From Bryobacterales bacterium (lineage in GTDB: Bacteria > Acidobacteriota > Terriglobia > Bryobacterales > UBA6623), in the NCBI GenBank assembly GCA_965206655.1, contig CBDBKC010000032.1, positions 192,563 to 256,562 of the forward strand: a DNA stretch of 64,000 nucleotides, given 5' to 3'. The notes under the pieces are model-generated. The model worked only from the letters and a program-made list of their open reading frames with translations. It had not been told where the DNA came from and did no database searches. Of the stretch, positions 20,333 through 30,350 are shown in pieces (within the stretch, counting starts at the first letter, position 1; each line of letters opens with the position of its first letter). Position numbers and translations under genes: made by a program.

Positions 20333-20644
20333 TCAATCCTCTTTGTAGTCGCGGTCGTTTCTACTGTACGGCGCGCGCAAGAGCTCGACTCCGACCAGAT
20401 AGCGATCGTTGACCTGCCTGGAGTAGCGGGTGATCCCCTGGCATTCAATATTCCTGCCCGACAAGCGCACGACCGTCGCATCCGGTACTGCCGTGGCGGC
20501 TTCAAACTGAAGTCCTTCGCCCGTCACATTACGGATCGTCACGCTCATCGACTTGCCGGCCCAGTGCACCATACCGATCCCGCTGACGAGTTCTCGAGCG
20601 ACCCGCCGACGCTCTCCAGTCGCAACAGTCATCTCTCTCTCCAC
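20333..20644 (-). CDS. PilZ-domain protein
   Basis: RxxxR (ERRRVAR) and (D/N)xSxxG-like (NVTGEG) motifs; C-terminal YLVGVE. Confidence 0.75.
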   Translation of the reverse strand: MEREMTVATGERRRVARELVSGIGMVHWAGKSMSVTIRNVTGEGLQFEAATAVPDATVVRLSGRNIECQGITRYSRQVNDRYLVGVELLRAPYSRNDRDYKED

Positions 20645-21108
20645 CTCGACCCAACCAGCGGAGCCAGGCGTAACAGAACACCCCTCGACATACCGCCTCC
20701 CGCGATGTGGTTACCGGCTCTAGCTCCCTGTAGCGCGGTTACGTACTGAGAAACCAGGGACTGGGGAAGGCAAACTGTCGCCTCCCCGATCGGCGCCACG
20801 TTTTCCCGGTGCGACGGGTTATGGCGACCGGTCCAAGCTCCCATTTCTGCCCGCATCGTCAAAGTAATGCCAGCGTACACCGCATACTCTTGTGCTACCA
20901 ATGGACAATCAGGTTCACTCCTGCCACGGTTCGCACCCTAGACGCGCCAAGGCCTTCTGGTTCGCAACTCAACCGAAGGTCCCCCGTCGAGGCTCGAACA
21001 CGAACCGCCAACCCACCCGGCTGAGGGGCTTCGCGCGACACCCGGCGGACGATTAGCGCGTTTGGCTGTTCTCACTATCTATGCGTCGAGAGGTAGAATT
21101 GAACCGAC

Positions 21109-24100
21109 GTGATCGGCCAAACCATCTCTCATTACCGCATCACCGAGAAGCTCGGGGAAGGCGGGATGGGTGTCGTCTATAAGGCTGAGGACATCAAGCT
21201 CGAACGGAGCGTGGCCTTAAAGTTCCTTGCTTCGCACCTGCTCCAGGATGAAGAAGGCCATGAGCGTTTTCTGCGGGAAGCGAAAGCGGCAGCGGCCCTC
21301 GACCACCCCAACATCTGCACGGTTCATGAGATAGACGAAGCGGGTGGACAGACCTTCCTCGCGATGGCCTTCGTGGAGGGCCAAAGCCTCAAGGAGAAAA
21401 TCGAGGCACGTCCGCTGAAGCTGGACGGAGCGCTGGACTTGGCGACTCAAACAGCTCGGGGCCTTGAAGCAGCACACAAGAAGGGCATCGTTCATCGCGA
21501 TATCAAGCCCGCCAACTTGATGCTGACCGGGGACGGCGTGGTCAAGATCATGGACTTCGGCTTAGCCCAATTGGCCGGCCGCACCAAGCTCACCAAGACC
21601 GGCTCCAGCCTAGGCACACCGGCGTACATGTCTCCGGAGCAGGCACTCGGCGAAAAGGTGGACCATCGCAGCGATATCTGGTCGTTTGGAGTCGTGTTGT
21701 ACGAGATGGTCACGGGGCAGCTCCCCTTCAAAGGTGAAGTCGAGGCGGCAGTTGCGTACGCAATCGTCAACGAAGAAGCCGAGCCACCTACTGCACTTCG
21801 GAGCGGTGTGCCGGTCGAGTTGGACCGGGTGGTGAGCAAGGCTCTGGCCAAGAGCCGGGAAGAACGGTACCAGCACATCGATGAGCTGCTCGTCGACCTT
21901 CGTGCGCTGCGCGGGAAAGTCGAATCCAGCCGCGCCAAGCGGGGGCCGGCAACGCCCTCTGAGGTCCCGCGAGTGGCAGTGTTGCCGCTCAAGACCCGCG
22001 CCGGCGATGCCGAGATCGAGTCCTTCGCAGAGGGGCTGACGGAAGAGATCACCGGTGGTCTGTCTCAGTTCCGCCACCTGGTAGTCGTCTCGGCCGCCGC
22101 CGCCGCCGACTTCCAACGACAGGCTGACGTGCGAGAAGTCAGCAAGGGGCTGGGCGCGCGATTCGTGCTCGAAGGAAGCATTCGAAAAGCCGGATCGAGC
22201 ATCCGGGTAAGCGTGCAGTTGCTCGATGCGGCGACCGGTGCCCACCTGTGGGCTGAGCGCTTTGACCGCGACCTCGGCGTCACCGATATCTTCGCCGCGC
22301 AGGACGAGCTGACCGACCGCATCGTGGCCACGGTCGCCGACTCCTTCGGCGTGCTGACGCGATCCTTGTGCGCACTGGCGAAGGCGAAGCCGATCGACAC
22401 CCTCACGGCCCACGATTGTGTTCTGCGGACGTTCGCCTATTGGCAGCAGGAGCGTCCGGATGAGCACGCCGAAGTGCGAACGGCCATCGAGCAAGCACTA
22501 CAGCGGGAACCCGACCACGCCGAGGCGTTGGCGTGTCTTTCCAGGCTGTATCTTGACGAGTTTCGGTTCGATTTCAATGCGCGTCCCGATTCGCTGGACC
22601 GAGCCCTTAGTGCGGCGCAGCGAGCGGTCAAGCTCGACGCGACAAGCCAGCTCGCCTACCGGTCGCTGGCGGAAGCCCACTACTTCCGGCGAGAGTTCGG
22701 TGCGTTCCGTCCGGCGGCCGATCGAGTCTTGTCGCTCAATCCGCGAGACACGAGCAACGTCGCCATCATCGGCCATCTGATCGCCTTCGGCGGCGATTGG
22801 TCTAGCGGATGCGCGGTGGTTCAGAAGGTCATGCAACTGAATCCGCACCACGCCGGTTGGCTGCACTTCGTCTTCGTGTGGGATCACTATCGGAAGCAGG
22901 AGTACCAACAAGCGCTTGAAGCCGCCGAGAAGGTCAACATGCCGGGCCATCCTTTGGAGAGCGCCGCCTTAGCCTCGATCAATACTCAGCTTGGGCGGTT
23001 CGAGGTGGCGCGGCAACATCTAAAAACGTTTATGGATCTCGCCCCGGACGTTGCGCGCAACACGCGGGCGGAGTTCTCGAAATGGTTGGTCTGCGAGGAT
23101 CTCGTGGAGCATGTCGTCGACGGGTTGCGGAAGGCGGGGCTCGACGTCGATGGCCAGACGCCGGAGGTACAGGTCACCCCAACCGTGGCGGTGCCGGCAG
23201 CGCCGTCTGAGGTTCCCCGCTTGGCGGTGTTGCCGCTCAAGACACGCGCCGGGGACGCTGAGATAGAGTCCTTCGCAGAGGGGCTGACGGAAGAGATCAC
23301 CGCCGGTCTGTCGCAGTTCTGCCACCTGGTTGTCGTATCGGCGAGCGCTGCAGCCGGTTTCCAAGGACAGGGCGACGTGCGAGAAGTCAGCGAGGAGCTG
23401 GGCGCGCGATTCGTTCTTGATGGAAGCATCCGAAAGGCCGGATCGAGCATCCGGGTAAACATGCAGTTGCTCGATGCCGCGACCGGCGCCCACTTGTGGG
23501 CCGAGCGCTTTGACCGCAATCTCGACACTAGTGACATCTTCGAGGCGCAGGACGAGCTAACGGACCGCATCGTGGCCACGATCGCCGACCCCTTCGGCGT
23601 CTTGACGCGATCCTTGGCTGCTCTTATGAAGGCCAAGCCAATCGACAAGCTGACGGCCCACGAATGCGTACTCCGAACGTTTGGTTACTGGCAGCAGGTG
23701 CGCCCGGATGAACACGCTGAGGTGCGGGCGGGCCTTGAACACGCTGTGAAGCGCGAACCCAACCACACCGCCGCGTTGGCGTGTCTTTCCATGCTGTACC
23801 TCGACGAGTTTCGGCATGACTTCAATGCGCGACCCGACGCGCTCGATCGAGCGCTGCACACGGCGCATCAAGCGGTCGAGCTGGACGCGACGAGCCAACT
23901 CGCCTACCGGGCGTTGGCGGAAGCCCACTACTACCGCAGGGACCTGAGCGCGTTCCGTCCGGCCGCCGATCGAGCGTTGTCGCTCAATCCGCGAGACACA
24001 AGCAATGTCGGCACGATCGGCATTCTGATCGCCTTTGCCGGCGATTGGACTACCGGACGCTCGGTCGTCGAGAAGATCATGCGACTGAACCCGCACCACG

Positions 24101-25647
24101 CGGGTTGGCTGTACTTCTTCTTCGTGATGGATCACTACCGGAAGGGGGAGTACAAACAAGCGCTCGAAGCCGCCGAGAAGATCAACATGCCCGGTCATCC
24201 GTGGGTGAGCGCCCACCTAGCCGCGATTCATGCTCAGCTTGGGGGGACCGAGGCGGCGCGGAAACACCTGAAGACGTTTGTCGAGCTCGCTCCAGATGTC
24301 GCAAAGAACGTACGTTCGGAGATTTCGAAATGGCACTCCAGGGAACTCGTGGAGGATTTCGTCGACGGATTGCGCAAGGCGGGGCTCGACGTCGATGGAG
24401 AAACGCCGGCGTCATCGCCGACAGAAGCCCACGAACAGACCCCAGCAGTATCCTCCGAGATTCCGCGCGTCGCCGTCCTCCCTCTTCGGATGCGCGCCGG
24501 CGACGCCGAAATCGAGTCCTTCGCGGAAGGCCTGACCGAAGAGATCACGAGCGGTCTGTCGCAGTTCCGTCACCTGGTTGTCGTATCCGCGAGCGCTGCG
24601 GCGGGTCTCCAAGGACAGGCTGATGTGCGAGAAGTCAGCAAGGGACTGGGCGCGCGATTCGTTGTCGTAGGGAGCGTCCGAAAAACCGGGTCGAAAATCC
24701 GTGTCAGCGTGCAACTGGTCGACGCCGCAAACGGCGCGCACCTTTGGGCGGAACGGTTCGACCGGGACTTCGATACAAGCGACATATTCGAAGCCCAAGA
24801 CGAGCTGACCGACAGCATCGTGGCCACGATTGCTGATCCCTTCGGTGTGCTGACGCGGTCGCTCGGCGCCCTGGTGAAGGGGAATCCGGCCGGCGAGCTG
24901 ACGGCCCACGAGTGCGTCCTGTGGACGTTCTCCTACTGGCAGCGAGTGGTTCCAGATGAACACGCCGAAGTGCGAGCGGCCCTCGAACAAGCGCTCGAGC
25001 GGGAGCCCAACCACGCCGAGGCGTGGGCCTGTCTTTCCAGGGTTTACCTCGACGAATTTCGGTTCGATTTCAATGTGCTGCCCGACGCGCTAATTCGAGC
25101 TCTGCAATCGGCGCAGAAAGCCGTTGAGTTGGACGCAACGAGCCAGCTCGCCTATCTTTCACTGGCGGAAGCTCATTTTTTCCGCAAGGAGCGCGGTGCC
25201 TTCCTTTTGGCCGCCGATCGAGTATTGGCGCTCAATCCACGAGATACGAGCAATGTGGGCATGATCGGCAACCTGATCGCCTATGCAGGCGAATGGGAAC
25301 GAGGATGCGCGGTGGTTCGGAAGGTCATGCAACTCAACCCGCACCACGCCGGTTGGTTGAACTTCGTTTTCGTCGACGATCACTACCGTAAAAGGGAGTA
25401 CGAACAGGCGCTCGAAGCTGCCGAGAAGGTCAACATGCCCGGGCATTTTGTGCTGCATGCCGACCTAGCGGCCATCAAGGCCCAACTGGGACGAACCGAG
25501 GAGGCGCAGAAACATCTGAAAACGTTCCTCGATCTCGCGCCGGACTATGCGCGGAATTTTCGCGCCGAGTTGTCGAAGTGGTTCTACGCCGACGAGAACG
25601 TGGAGCGCAAGTTGGAGGGTCTCCGTAAGGCGGGACTCGATGTTTGA
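21109..25647 (+). CDS. Hanks-type Ser/Thr kinase with three tandem TolB-like/TPR modules
   Basis: GEGGMGVVY, VALK, HRDIKPAN, DFGLA, GTPAYMSPE; three repeats starting (E)(V/I)PR(V/L)AVLPL..GLTEEIT..LSQF and ending GLRKAGLDV. Confidence 0.93.
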   Translation: MIGQTISHYRITEKLGEGGMGVVYKAEDIKLERSVALKFLASHLLQDEEGHERFLREAKAAAALDHPNICTVHEIDEAGGQTFLAMAFVEGQSLKEKIEARPLKLDGALDLATQTARGLEAAHKKGIVHRDIKPANLMLTGDGVVKIMDFGLAQLAGRTKLTKTGSSLGTPAYMSPEQALGEKVDHRSDIWSFGVVLYEMVTGQLPFKGEVEAAVAYAIVNEEAEPPTALRSGVPVELDRVVSKALAKSREERYQHIDELLVDLRALRGKVESSRAKRGPATPSEVPRVAVLPLKTRAGDAEIESFAEGLTEEITGGLSQFRHLVVVSAAAAADFQRQADVREVSKGLGARFVLEGSIRKAGSSIRVSVQLLDAATGAHLWAERFDRDLGVTDIFAAQDELTDRIVATVADSFGVLTRSLCALAKAKPIDTLTAHDCVLRTFAYWQQERPDEHAEVRTAIEQALQREPDHAEALACLSRLYLDEFRFDFNARPDSLDRALSAAQRAVKLDATSQLAYRSLAEAHYFRREFGAFRPAADRVLSLNPRDTSNVAIIGHLIAFGGDWSSGCAVVQKVMQLNPHHAGWLHFVFVWDHYRKQEYQQALEAAEKVNMPGHPLESAALASINTQLGRFEVARQHLKTFMDLAPDVARNTRAEFSKWLVCEDLVEHVVDGLRKAGLDVDGQTPEVQVTPTVAVPAAPSEVPRLAVLPLKTRAGDAEIESFAEGLTEEITAGLSQFCHLVVVSASAAAGFQGQGDVREVSEELGARFVLDGSIRKAGSSIRVNMQLLDAATGAHLWAERFDRNLDTSDIFEAQDELTDRIVATIADPFGVLTRSLAALMKAKPIDKLTAHECVLRTFGYWQQVRPDEHAEVRAGLEHAVKREPNHTAALACLSMLYLDEFRHDFNARPDALDRALHTAHQAVELDATSQLAYRALAEAHYYRRDLSAFRPAADRALSLNPRDTSNVGTIGILIAFAGDWTTGRSVVEKIMRLNPHHAGWLYFFFVMDHYRKGEYKQALEAAEKINMPGHPWVSAHLAAIHAQLGGTEAARKHLKTFVELAPDVAKNVRSEISKWHSRELVEDFVDGLRKAGLDVDGETPASSPTEAHEQTPAVSSEIPRVAVLPLRMRAGDAEIESFAEGLTEEITSGLSQFRHLVVVSASAAAGLQGQADVREVSKGLGARFVVVGSVRKTGSKIRVSVQLVDAANGAHLWAERFDRDFDTSDIFEAQDELTDSIVATIADPFGVLTRSLGALVKGNPAGELTAHECVLWTFSYWQRVVPDEHAEVRAALEQALEREPNHAEAWACLSRVYLDEFRFDFNVLPDALIRALQSAQKAVELDATSQLAYLSLAEAHFFRKERGAFLLAADRVLALNPRDTSNVGMIGNLIAYAGEWERGCAVVRKVMQLNPHHAGWLNFVFVDDHYRKREYEQALEAAEKVNMPGHFVLHADLAAIKAQLGRTEEAQKHLKTFLDLAPDYARNFRAELSKWFYADENVERKLEGLRKAGLDV
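21961..25644 (+). repeat. Three intragenic tandem modules with a 1248-bp period
   Basis: Module starts at 21961, 23209 and 24457; clear DNA and protein similarity. Confidence 0.9.
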
Positions 25648-25755
25648 TGGAGACGAAGGGGGACAGGCCAGCTCGGAGAGCGTCTGGGGAGATCGTCACC
25701 GGGACCCGTGCGGCGCACCCCTGATCACCGGGCTCCGTCCTGGAGAAGAAGAGTC

Positions 25756-26484
25756 ATGAACATGTTGACCAACAATCCCCGATTTTCCCCTCGCTTGTTT
25801 TGCCTGAGTCTTCTGTTCACTTGTTTCTGCGCGACGGCCCAGGATGACGCCGGCTTTGTGCCAATCTTTGACGGCAAGACGCTCCAAGGCTGGCGCGCCG
25901 CTCCAGAGGACACTATCGCGGAGTGGTCAGTGAAGGACGGCCTAATCCAAGGGGAAGGCAACGAGGATCGTCTCGCCTATCTGATCTATTCCGGCGACGA
26001 AAAGCTGACAGACTTCGAACTCAAGCTTAGCTACCGCATGCGGACCGAAGGGAATACCGGTATCGAGTTGCGGGCTCGCGTCGACAACACAGGCAAGCGA
26101 CCGTTCGAGGGGTACCATGCCGATCTCGGACATGTAGGAATCGGGCCCCAGATTTTGGGAGCATGGGATTTCCACTTCGCCGTCCGCAAGGAGTTTGCCT
26201 GCGAACGGGGAACACGGCTTGTCATCGATAAGACTGGCAACGCGAGTCGCCACACCATTGAAAACCATGTGACACCCGACGACATCAAGAAACGCGATTG
26301 GAACGAATGTCACATCATCGCTCGAGGGAACCGTTTCAAGTTCTTCATCAACGGCAGGCTGTCTTCCGAGTTTACCGACGGCATCAACAACGGACACCTC
26401 GAAAACGGTTTTATCGGTCTCCAGCTCCACGACGAGGGGATGATCGTCCAGTTCAAAGACATCCGGCTCAAGCGCCTGACATGA
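25756..26484 (+). CDS. DUF1080 (3-keto-disaccharide hydrolase-like) exported protein
   Basis: Signal peptide; IFDGKTLQGW, DFELKLSY, NTGI, WNECHI..GN, GFIGLQLH. Confidence 0.88.
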   Translation: MNMLTNNPRFSPRLFCLSLLFTCFCATAQDDAGFVPIFDGKTLQGWRAAPEDTIAEWSVKDGLIQGEGNEDRLAYLIYSGDEKLTDFELKLSYRMRTEGNTGIELRARVDNTGKRPFEGYHADLGHVGIGPQILGAWDFHFAVRKEFACERGTRLVIDKTGNASRHTIENHVTPDDIKKRDWNECHIIARGNRFKFFINGRLSSEFTDGINNGHLENGFIGLQLHDEGMIVQFKDIRLKRLT

Positions 26485-26580
26485 CATTCGGAGGGTCGCG
26501 ATGTTAGTGCCATCAGCTTCAGGAGGCCGGCGCCGGTTTTCAATTGCCTCGAAGAAGGCCTCAGCACGCCAGGAGGAACA

Positions 26581-27171
26581 ATGTCAAAGGTCTTGATCAC
26601 CATCGGCGACGCCGCCGAAGCAATGGACACTCTCTACCCTGTCTACCGCGTACAAGAAGATGGTTTCAAAGCCGTTGTCGCTGGGCCGGACGCACGCGTC
26701 TACCCGCTCGTTATGCACGAGATTCCTCCGGGCTGGGACATTACCCGGGAAGGCCCAAGCTACCATCTGGAAGCCACCATCGCGTTCCGCGACGTCAACC
26801 CGGAGGAATACACCGGCATCTTCTTGACCGGCGGTCGTGCCCCTGAATACTTGCGCTACGACGAGGATCTCCTGCGTATCGTCCATCACTTCTTCGATGC
26901 CGGCAAGCCGGTCTGCTCGGTTTGCCACGGCGCGGAAATCCTTGCGGCGGCTGACGTCATCCGTGGTAGACGCATGGCGACGATTCCCAAATGCAAGCTG
27001 GATGTCGAGCTCCGAGGCGCCACCTTCGTCGACGAGGGTTGCGTCCGTGACGGCAACATGGTTACTGGCCGCGGCTGGTTCGATCAGCATCTCTACATGC
27101 CCGAATTCATGAAGATGCTGAAGGAGCAGGCGGCGAAGGAATCCGAACCGGAACTCTCAGCCGGCGCATAG
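26581..27171 (+). CDS. DJ-1/PfpI family protein
   Basis: GGRAPEYLR, SVCHG nucleophile elbow, DGNMVTGRGW. Confidence 0.92.
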   Translation: MSKVLITIGDAAEAMDTLYPVYRVQEDGFKAVVAGPDARVYPLVMHEIPPGWDITREGPSYHLEATIAFRDVNPEEYTGIFLTGGRAPEYLRYDEDLLRIVHHFFDAGKPVCSVCHGAEILAAADVIRGRRMATIPKCKLDVELRGATFVDEGCVRDGNMVTGRGWFDQHLYMPEFMKMLKEQAAKESEPELSAGA

Positions 27172-27224
27172 GCTCGCAACCGCGTTCGAACACCACCGGC
27201 CAAGGTTAAGCGGTCGAAGAGAGC

Positions 27225-28193
27225 TCATCGTTGCTGAAGTGGAGTGACCACGATGTTGCGAAACTCCACCGGGCCGTGGTCGCCTTGCAGTAAAATCGGC
27301 CCCGGCTCGCTCTCGCGCGAATCAATCGCCATCGCTGTCAGCCCGTCGACGCGGCCCTTGTCGATCAGGGTCTTGCCGTTCAGCACTACAGTCAGATCGC
27401 GGCCGATCAGCGTTATATCAAATGCCTGCCATTCGCCGGGTGCTTTCGTCGCGTTGAGAGTCGGCTTGATGCGGCTGTAAAGCGCACCGTTGCCGTGAAT
27501 GCCGGCTGGTTCTCCGTGGTCGTCATAGAGCTGGATCTCGTAACGCCCGCGCAGCCCGATGCCGCTGTTCCCGTCTTCTTGCAGACGATACTCGATGTGC
27601 AACCGGAAGTTCCAGAACATTTCGCGGGACGAAAGCGTATTGGCGGATCCGACGTTGTGAAGAACGCCGTCTTTCGCACCCCAACTCCCGTCCTTCTCTT
27701 CGTTCAGCTCATGCCAAAGGGAAAGGTCCTCGTCACTCGCAAACAAGACGACCGGCTCGCCCTCGCGCCGGCTTCCGTCATCGCGATCTTCGATGACCTC
27801 AGGGCGGCGCCCGATCCAGTCCCACGTGGCGCCGTCACGGGTTGTTGACCCGTGCAACCCGTCGCCGACGATACGGGCCGTCGTCTCCGCCCGAGCCTTG
27901 CGCCCACCGTCGAACGCGCGCTCCACGATGAATCGCAGCTCACCATCAACGATCTCCGACTCGATGAACGGCTGGGTGCGCCCGCCGGCAGCCCCAATCA
28001 AGGAACCGTAAAGTTCAGCCGTGCCCGCCCCGCCCACATGGAGCGCCATCGGCCCATGCTGTCCTTCTATTGCATCGAGCACCCACGCACCATTGAAGCG
28101 CGCAAGATCCGATCGAAGGTCTACCGATCCCTCGTCATACGAGCAACCGGCGATAAGCATGCACGCAAGGAGAAGAACGTTTATTTTCATCAT
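27225..28193 (-). CDS. DUF1080-domain lipoprotein
   Basis: Lipobox IAGC; NFRLHIEY, GNSGIGLRGRYEIQ, GEWQAFDITL, PILLQGDHGPVEFRNI. Confidence 0.88.
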   Translation of the reverse strand: MMKINVLLLACMLIAGCSYDEGSVDLRSDLARFNGAWVLDAIEGQHGPMALHVGGAGTAELYGSLIGAAGGRTQPFIESEIVDGELRFIVERAFDGGRKARAETTARIVGDGLHGSTTRDGATWDWIGRRPEVIEDRDDGSRREGEPVVLFASDEDLSLWHELNEEKDGSWGAKDGVLHNVGSANTLSSREMFWNFRLHIEYRLQEDGNSGIGLRGRYEIQLYDDHGEPAGIHGNGALYSRIKPTLNATKAPGEWQAFDITLIGRDLTVVLNGKTLIDKGRVDGLTAMAIDSRESEPGPILLQGDHGPVEFRNIVVTPLQQR

Positions 28194-28352
28194 GGGGAGT
28201 TCCCCACCAGGTAGGGATGGAAACGTGACCATCGTGATAGCATACCCTCACGCCTCGTCGGGCGCCGGCACTGTGCCGCTGACCGAGCACGAAAGCTGAT
28301 GTGAAAAATCGCGTAGAGAGAGAACTTAAAACAGACCAGACAAGGATCAGGC

Positions 28353-29321
28353 ATGGAAATCTCGAAAGACCAACTACTGAAGGCCTACCGCGACATGAAG
28401 ACGATCCGGGAGTTCGAGGAGCGTCTCCATGTGGAGTTTGCGACCGGTGACATTCCGGGGTTTGTTCACCTTTATGCAGGCGAGGAGGCCGTCGCCGTGG
28501 GTGTCTGTATGCACCTCAACGAGGACGACAAGATCGCCAGCACACATCGAGGTCATGGACATTGCATCGCGAAAGGGTGCGACGTGCGCGGCATGATGGC
28601 CGAGATCTTCGGCAAGAAAGACGGGCTCTGTGGAGGCAAGGGCGGCTCGATGCACATCGCCGATCTGGAGCTGGGCATGATGGGCGCCAATGGCATCGTT
28701 GGCGGCGGCCCACCCCTTGCTTGCGGTGCCGCATTGGCGGCCAAGCAGAAGGGCACAAGAGGCGTTGCCGCCGTCTTCGTCGGTGACGGAGGATCGAACC
28801 AAGGTACCACCCTCGAGAGCCTCAACCTGGCATCGATCTGGCAACTCCCCTGTATCTTCGTCATCGAGAACAATGGCTACGCCGAGGCCACATCAAGCAA
28901 ATACTCCGTCGCGGGCGCGGATGTGGCTGCAAGAGCCAAGGGCTTCAACATGCCTGGCGTAACCGTCGATGGACACAACTTCTGCGCTGTCTACGACGCA
29001 GCGGAAGAAGCGGTCAACCGCGCTCGCGACGGAGGAGGTCCCACGCTAATCGAATGCAAGGTCAACCGCTACTACGGCCACTTCGAAGGCGATGCCCAGA
29101 CGTATCGGGGACCCGACGAGGTTAAGAATCTTCGGGAAACGCGAGACTGCATCGCCAACTTTGCCCGTTCGCTGACCTCTTCGTCGCTCATCACGGCCGA
29201 CGACTTGGTGAAGATCGACGACGAAGTCAAGGTCTTAATCGATGATGCAGTCTCTAAAGCGAGGCAAGCGGCGGATCCGGATGCGGCGGACCTGCTGACC
29301 GACGTCTACGCGGCGTACTGA
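28353..29321 (+). CDS. acoA: Acetoin:DCPIP oxidoreductase E1 alpha subunit
   Basis: GFVHLYAGEEA, STHRGHGH, GKGGSMH, TPP motif GDGGSNQG, RYYGHFEGDAQTYR. Confidence 0.92.
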   Translation: MEISKDQLLKAYRDMKTIREFEERLHVEFATGDIPGFVHLYAGEEAVAVGVCMHLNEDDKIASTHRGHGHCIAKGCDVRGMMAEIFGKKDGLCGGKGGSMHIADLELGMMGANGIVGGGPPLACGAALAAKQKGTRGVAAVFVGDGGSNQGTTLESLNLASIWQLPCIFVIENNGYAEATSSKYSVAGADVAARAKGFNMPGVTVDGHNFCAVYDAAEEAVNRARDGGGPTLIECKVNRYYGHFEGDAQTYRGPDEVKNLRETRDCIANFARSLTSSSLITADDLVKIDDEVKVLIDDAVSKARQAADPDAADLLTDVYAAY

Positions 29322-29336
29322 TCAAGAGAGGCAGCT

Positions 29337-30350
29337 ATGGCGAGAACAATCACTTACCAGCAAGCGATCGGCGAGGCTCTTGGCCAGGAGATGGAGCGCG
29401 ACGAGTCAGTCATTGTGATGGGCGAAGACGTCGCCGGCGGCTGTGGAGCCGATGGAGAAATGGACGCCTGGGGTGGTGTACTCGGTGTCACCAAAGGACT
29501 GTGGGCCCGGTTTCCCGACCGTGTCCTCGATACCCCGATTAGCGAATCGGCGTTCATCGGAGCCGCCATCGGCGCGGCGACCGCCGGGCTACGTCCGGTG
29601 ACGGAGCTGATGTTCGTTGATTTCATGGGCGTCTGCTTCGACCAGATCTTCAATCAGGCCGCGAAGTTCCGTTACATGTTCGGCGGCCGGGCGGCCACAC
29701 CGGTTGTGATTCGCAGCATGATCGGCGCGGGACTTCGTGCCGCCGCACAGCATTCGCAGTGCCTCTATCCGGTCTTCACCCACATTCCGGGGCTCAAATG
29801 CGTCGTCCCTTCAACTCCTTACGACGCCAAGGGGCTGTTGATCGAAGCGATCCGCGACGACGATCCCGTCATGTTCTTCGAGCACAAGCTCCTCTACTCG
29901 CTCGAGGGAGAGGTCCCCGAAGAGTCCTACACGCTGCCGTTTGGCGAAGCCAATTACGTGCGAGAGGGAGACGACGTCACGATCGTCACCCTCGGACGCA
30001 TGGTTCACAAGAGCACGGAAGCGGCGGATGAGTTGACCAACGACGGGATCGGGTGCGAAATCATCGATCTGAGAACGACCTCTCCACTCGATGAGGAAAC
30101 CGTCCTCGAAAGCGTAGAGAAAACCGGGCGGCTCGTCATCGTGGATGAGGCCTCGCCGCGCTGCAATATAGCCACCGATATTTCCGCCATCGTCGCCCAG
30201 AACGCCTTCGGCTCGCTCAAGGCGCCCATCAAGATGGTCTGCCCCCCTCACACGCCGGTGCCCTTCAGTTCCGTCTTGGAAGACCTGTATATTCCCGACG
30301 CGGGCAAAGTGGCGGCCGCGGTCCGCGACGTGATGACATACAAGGCATGA
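29337..30350 (+). CDS. acoB: Acetoin:DCPIP oxidoreductase E1 beta subunit
   Basis: DAWGGVLGVTKGL, DTPISES, DQIFNQAAK, AAQHSQ. Confidence 0.92.
   Translation: MARTITYQQAIGEALGQEMERDESVIVMGEDVAGGCGADGEMDAWGGVLGVTKGLWARFPDRVLDTPISESAFIGAAIGAATAGLRPVTELMFVDFMGVCFDQIFNQAAKFRYMFGGRAATPVVIRSMIGAGLRAAAQHSQCLYPVFTHIPGLKCVVPSTPYDAKGLLIEAIRDDDPVMFFEHKLLYSLEGEVPEESYTLPFGEANYVREGDDVTIVTLGRMVHKSTEAADELTNDGIGCEIIDLRTTSPLDEETVLESVEKTGRLVIVDEASPRCNIATDISAIVAQNAFGSLKAPIKMVCPPHTPVPFSSVLEDLYIPDAGKVAAAVRDVMTYKA

Noticed and set aside
20650-20830. c-di-GMP riboswitch upstream of the PilZ gene
   Set aside because: Fragments such as GGCAAAC and GCGCGGTTAC occur, but not in the order or strand needed for the GEMM structure. 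An Rfam/Infernal scan would settle it.
21961-25644. Kinase repeats as a diversity-generating retroelement template/variable pair
   Set aside because: Differences are not adenine-specific, all copies are coding, and there is no reverse transcriptase in the window.
28262-28285. Sigma54 promoter upstream of acoA (CCGGCACTGTGCCGCT)
   Set aside because: The GG-to-GC spacing is one base short of the strict -24/-12 geometry.
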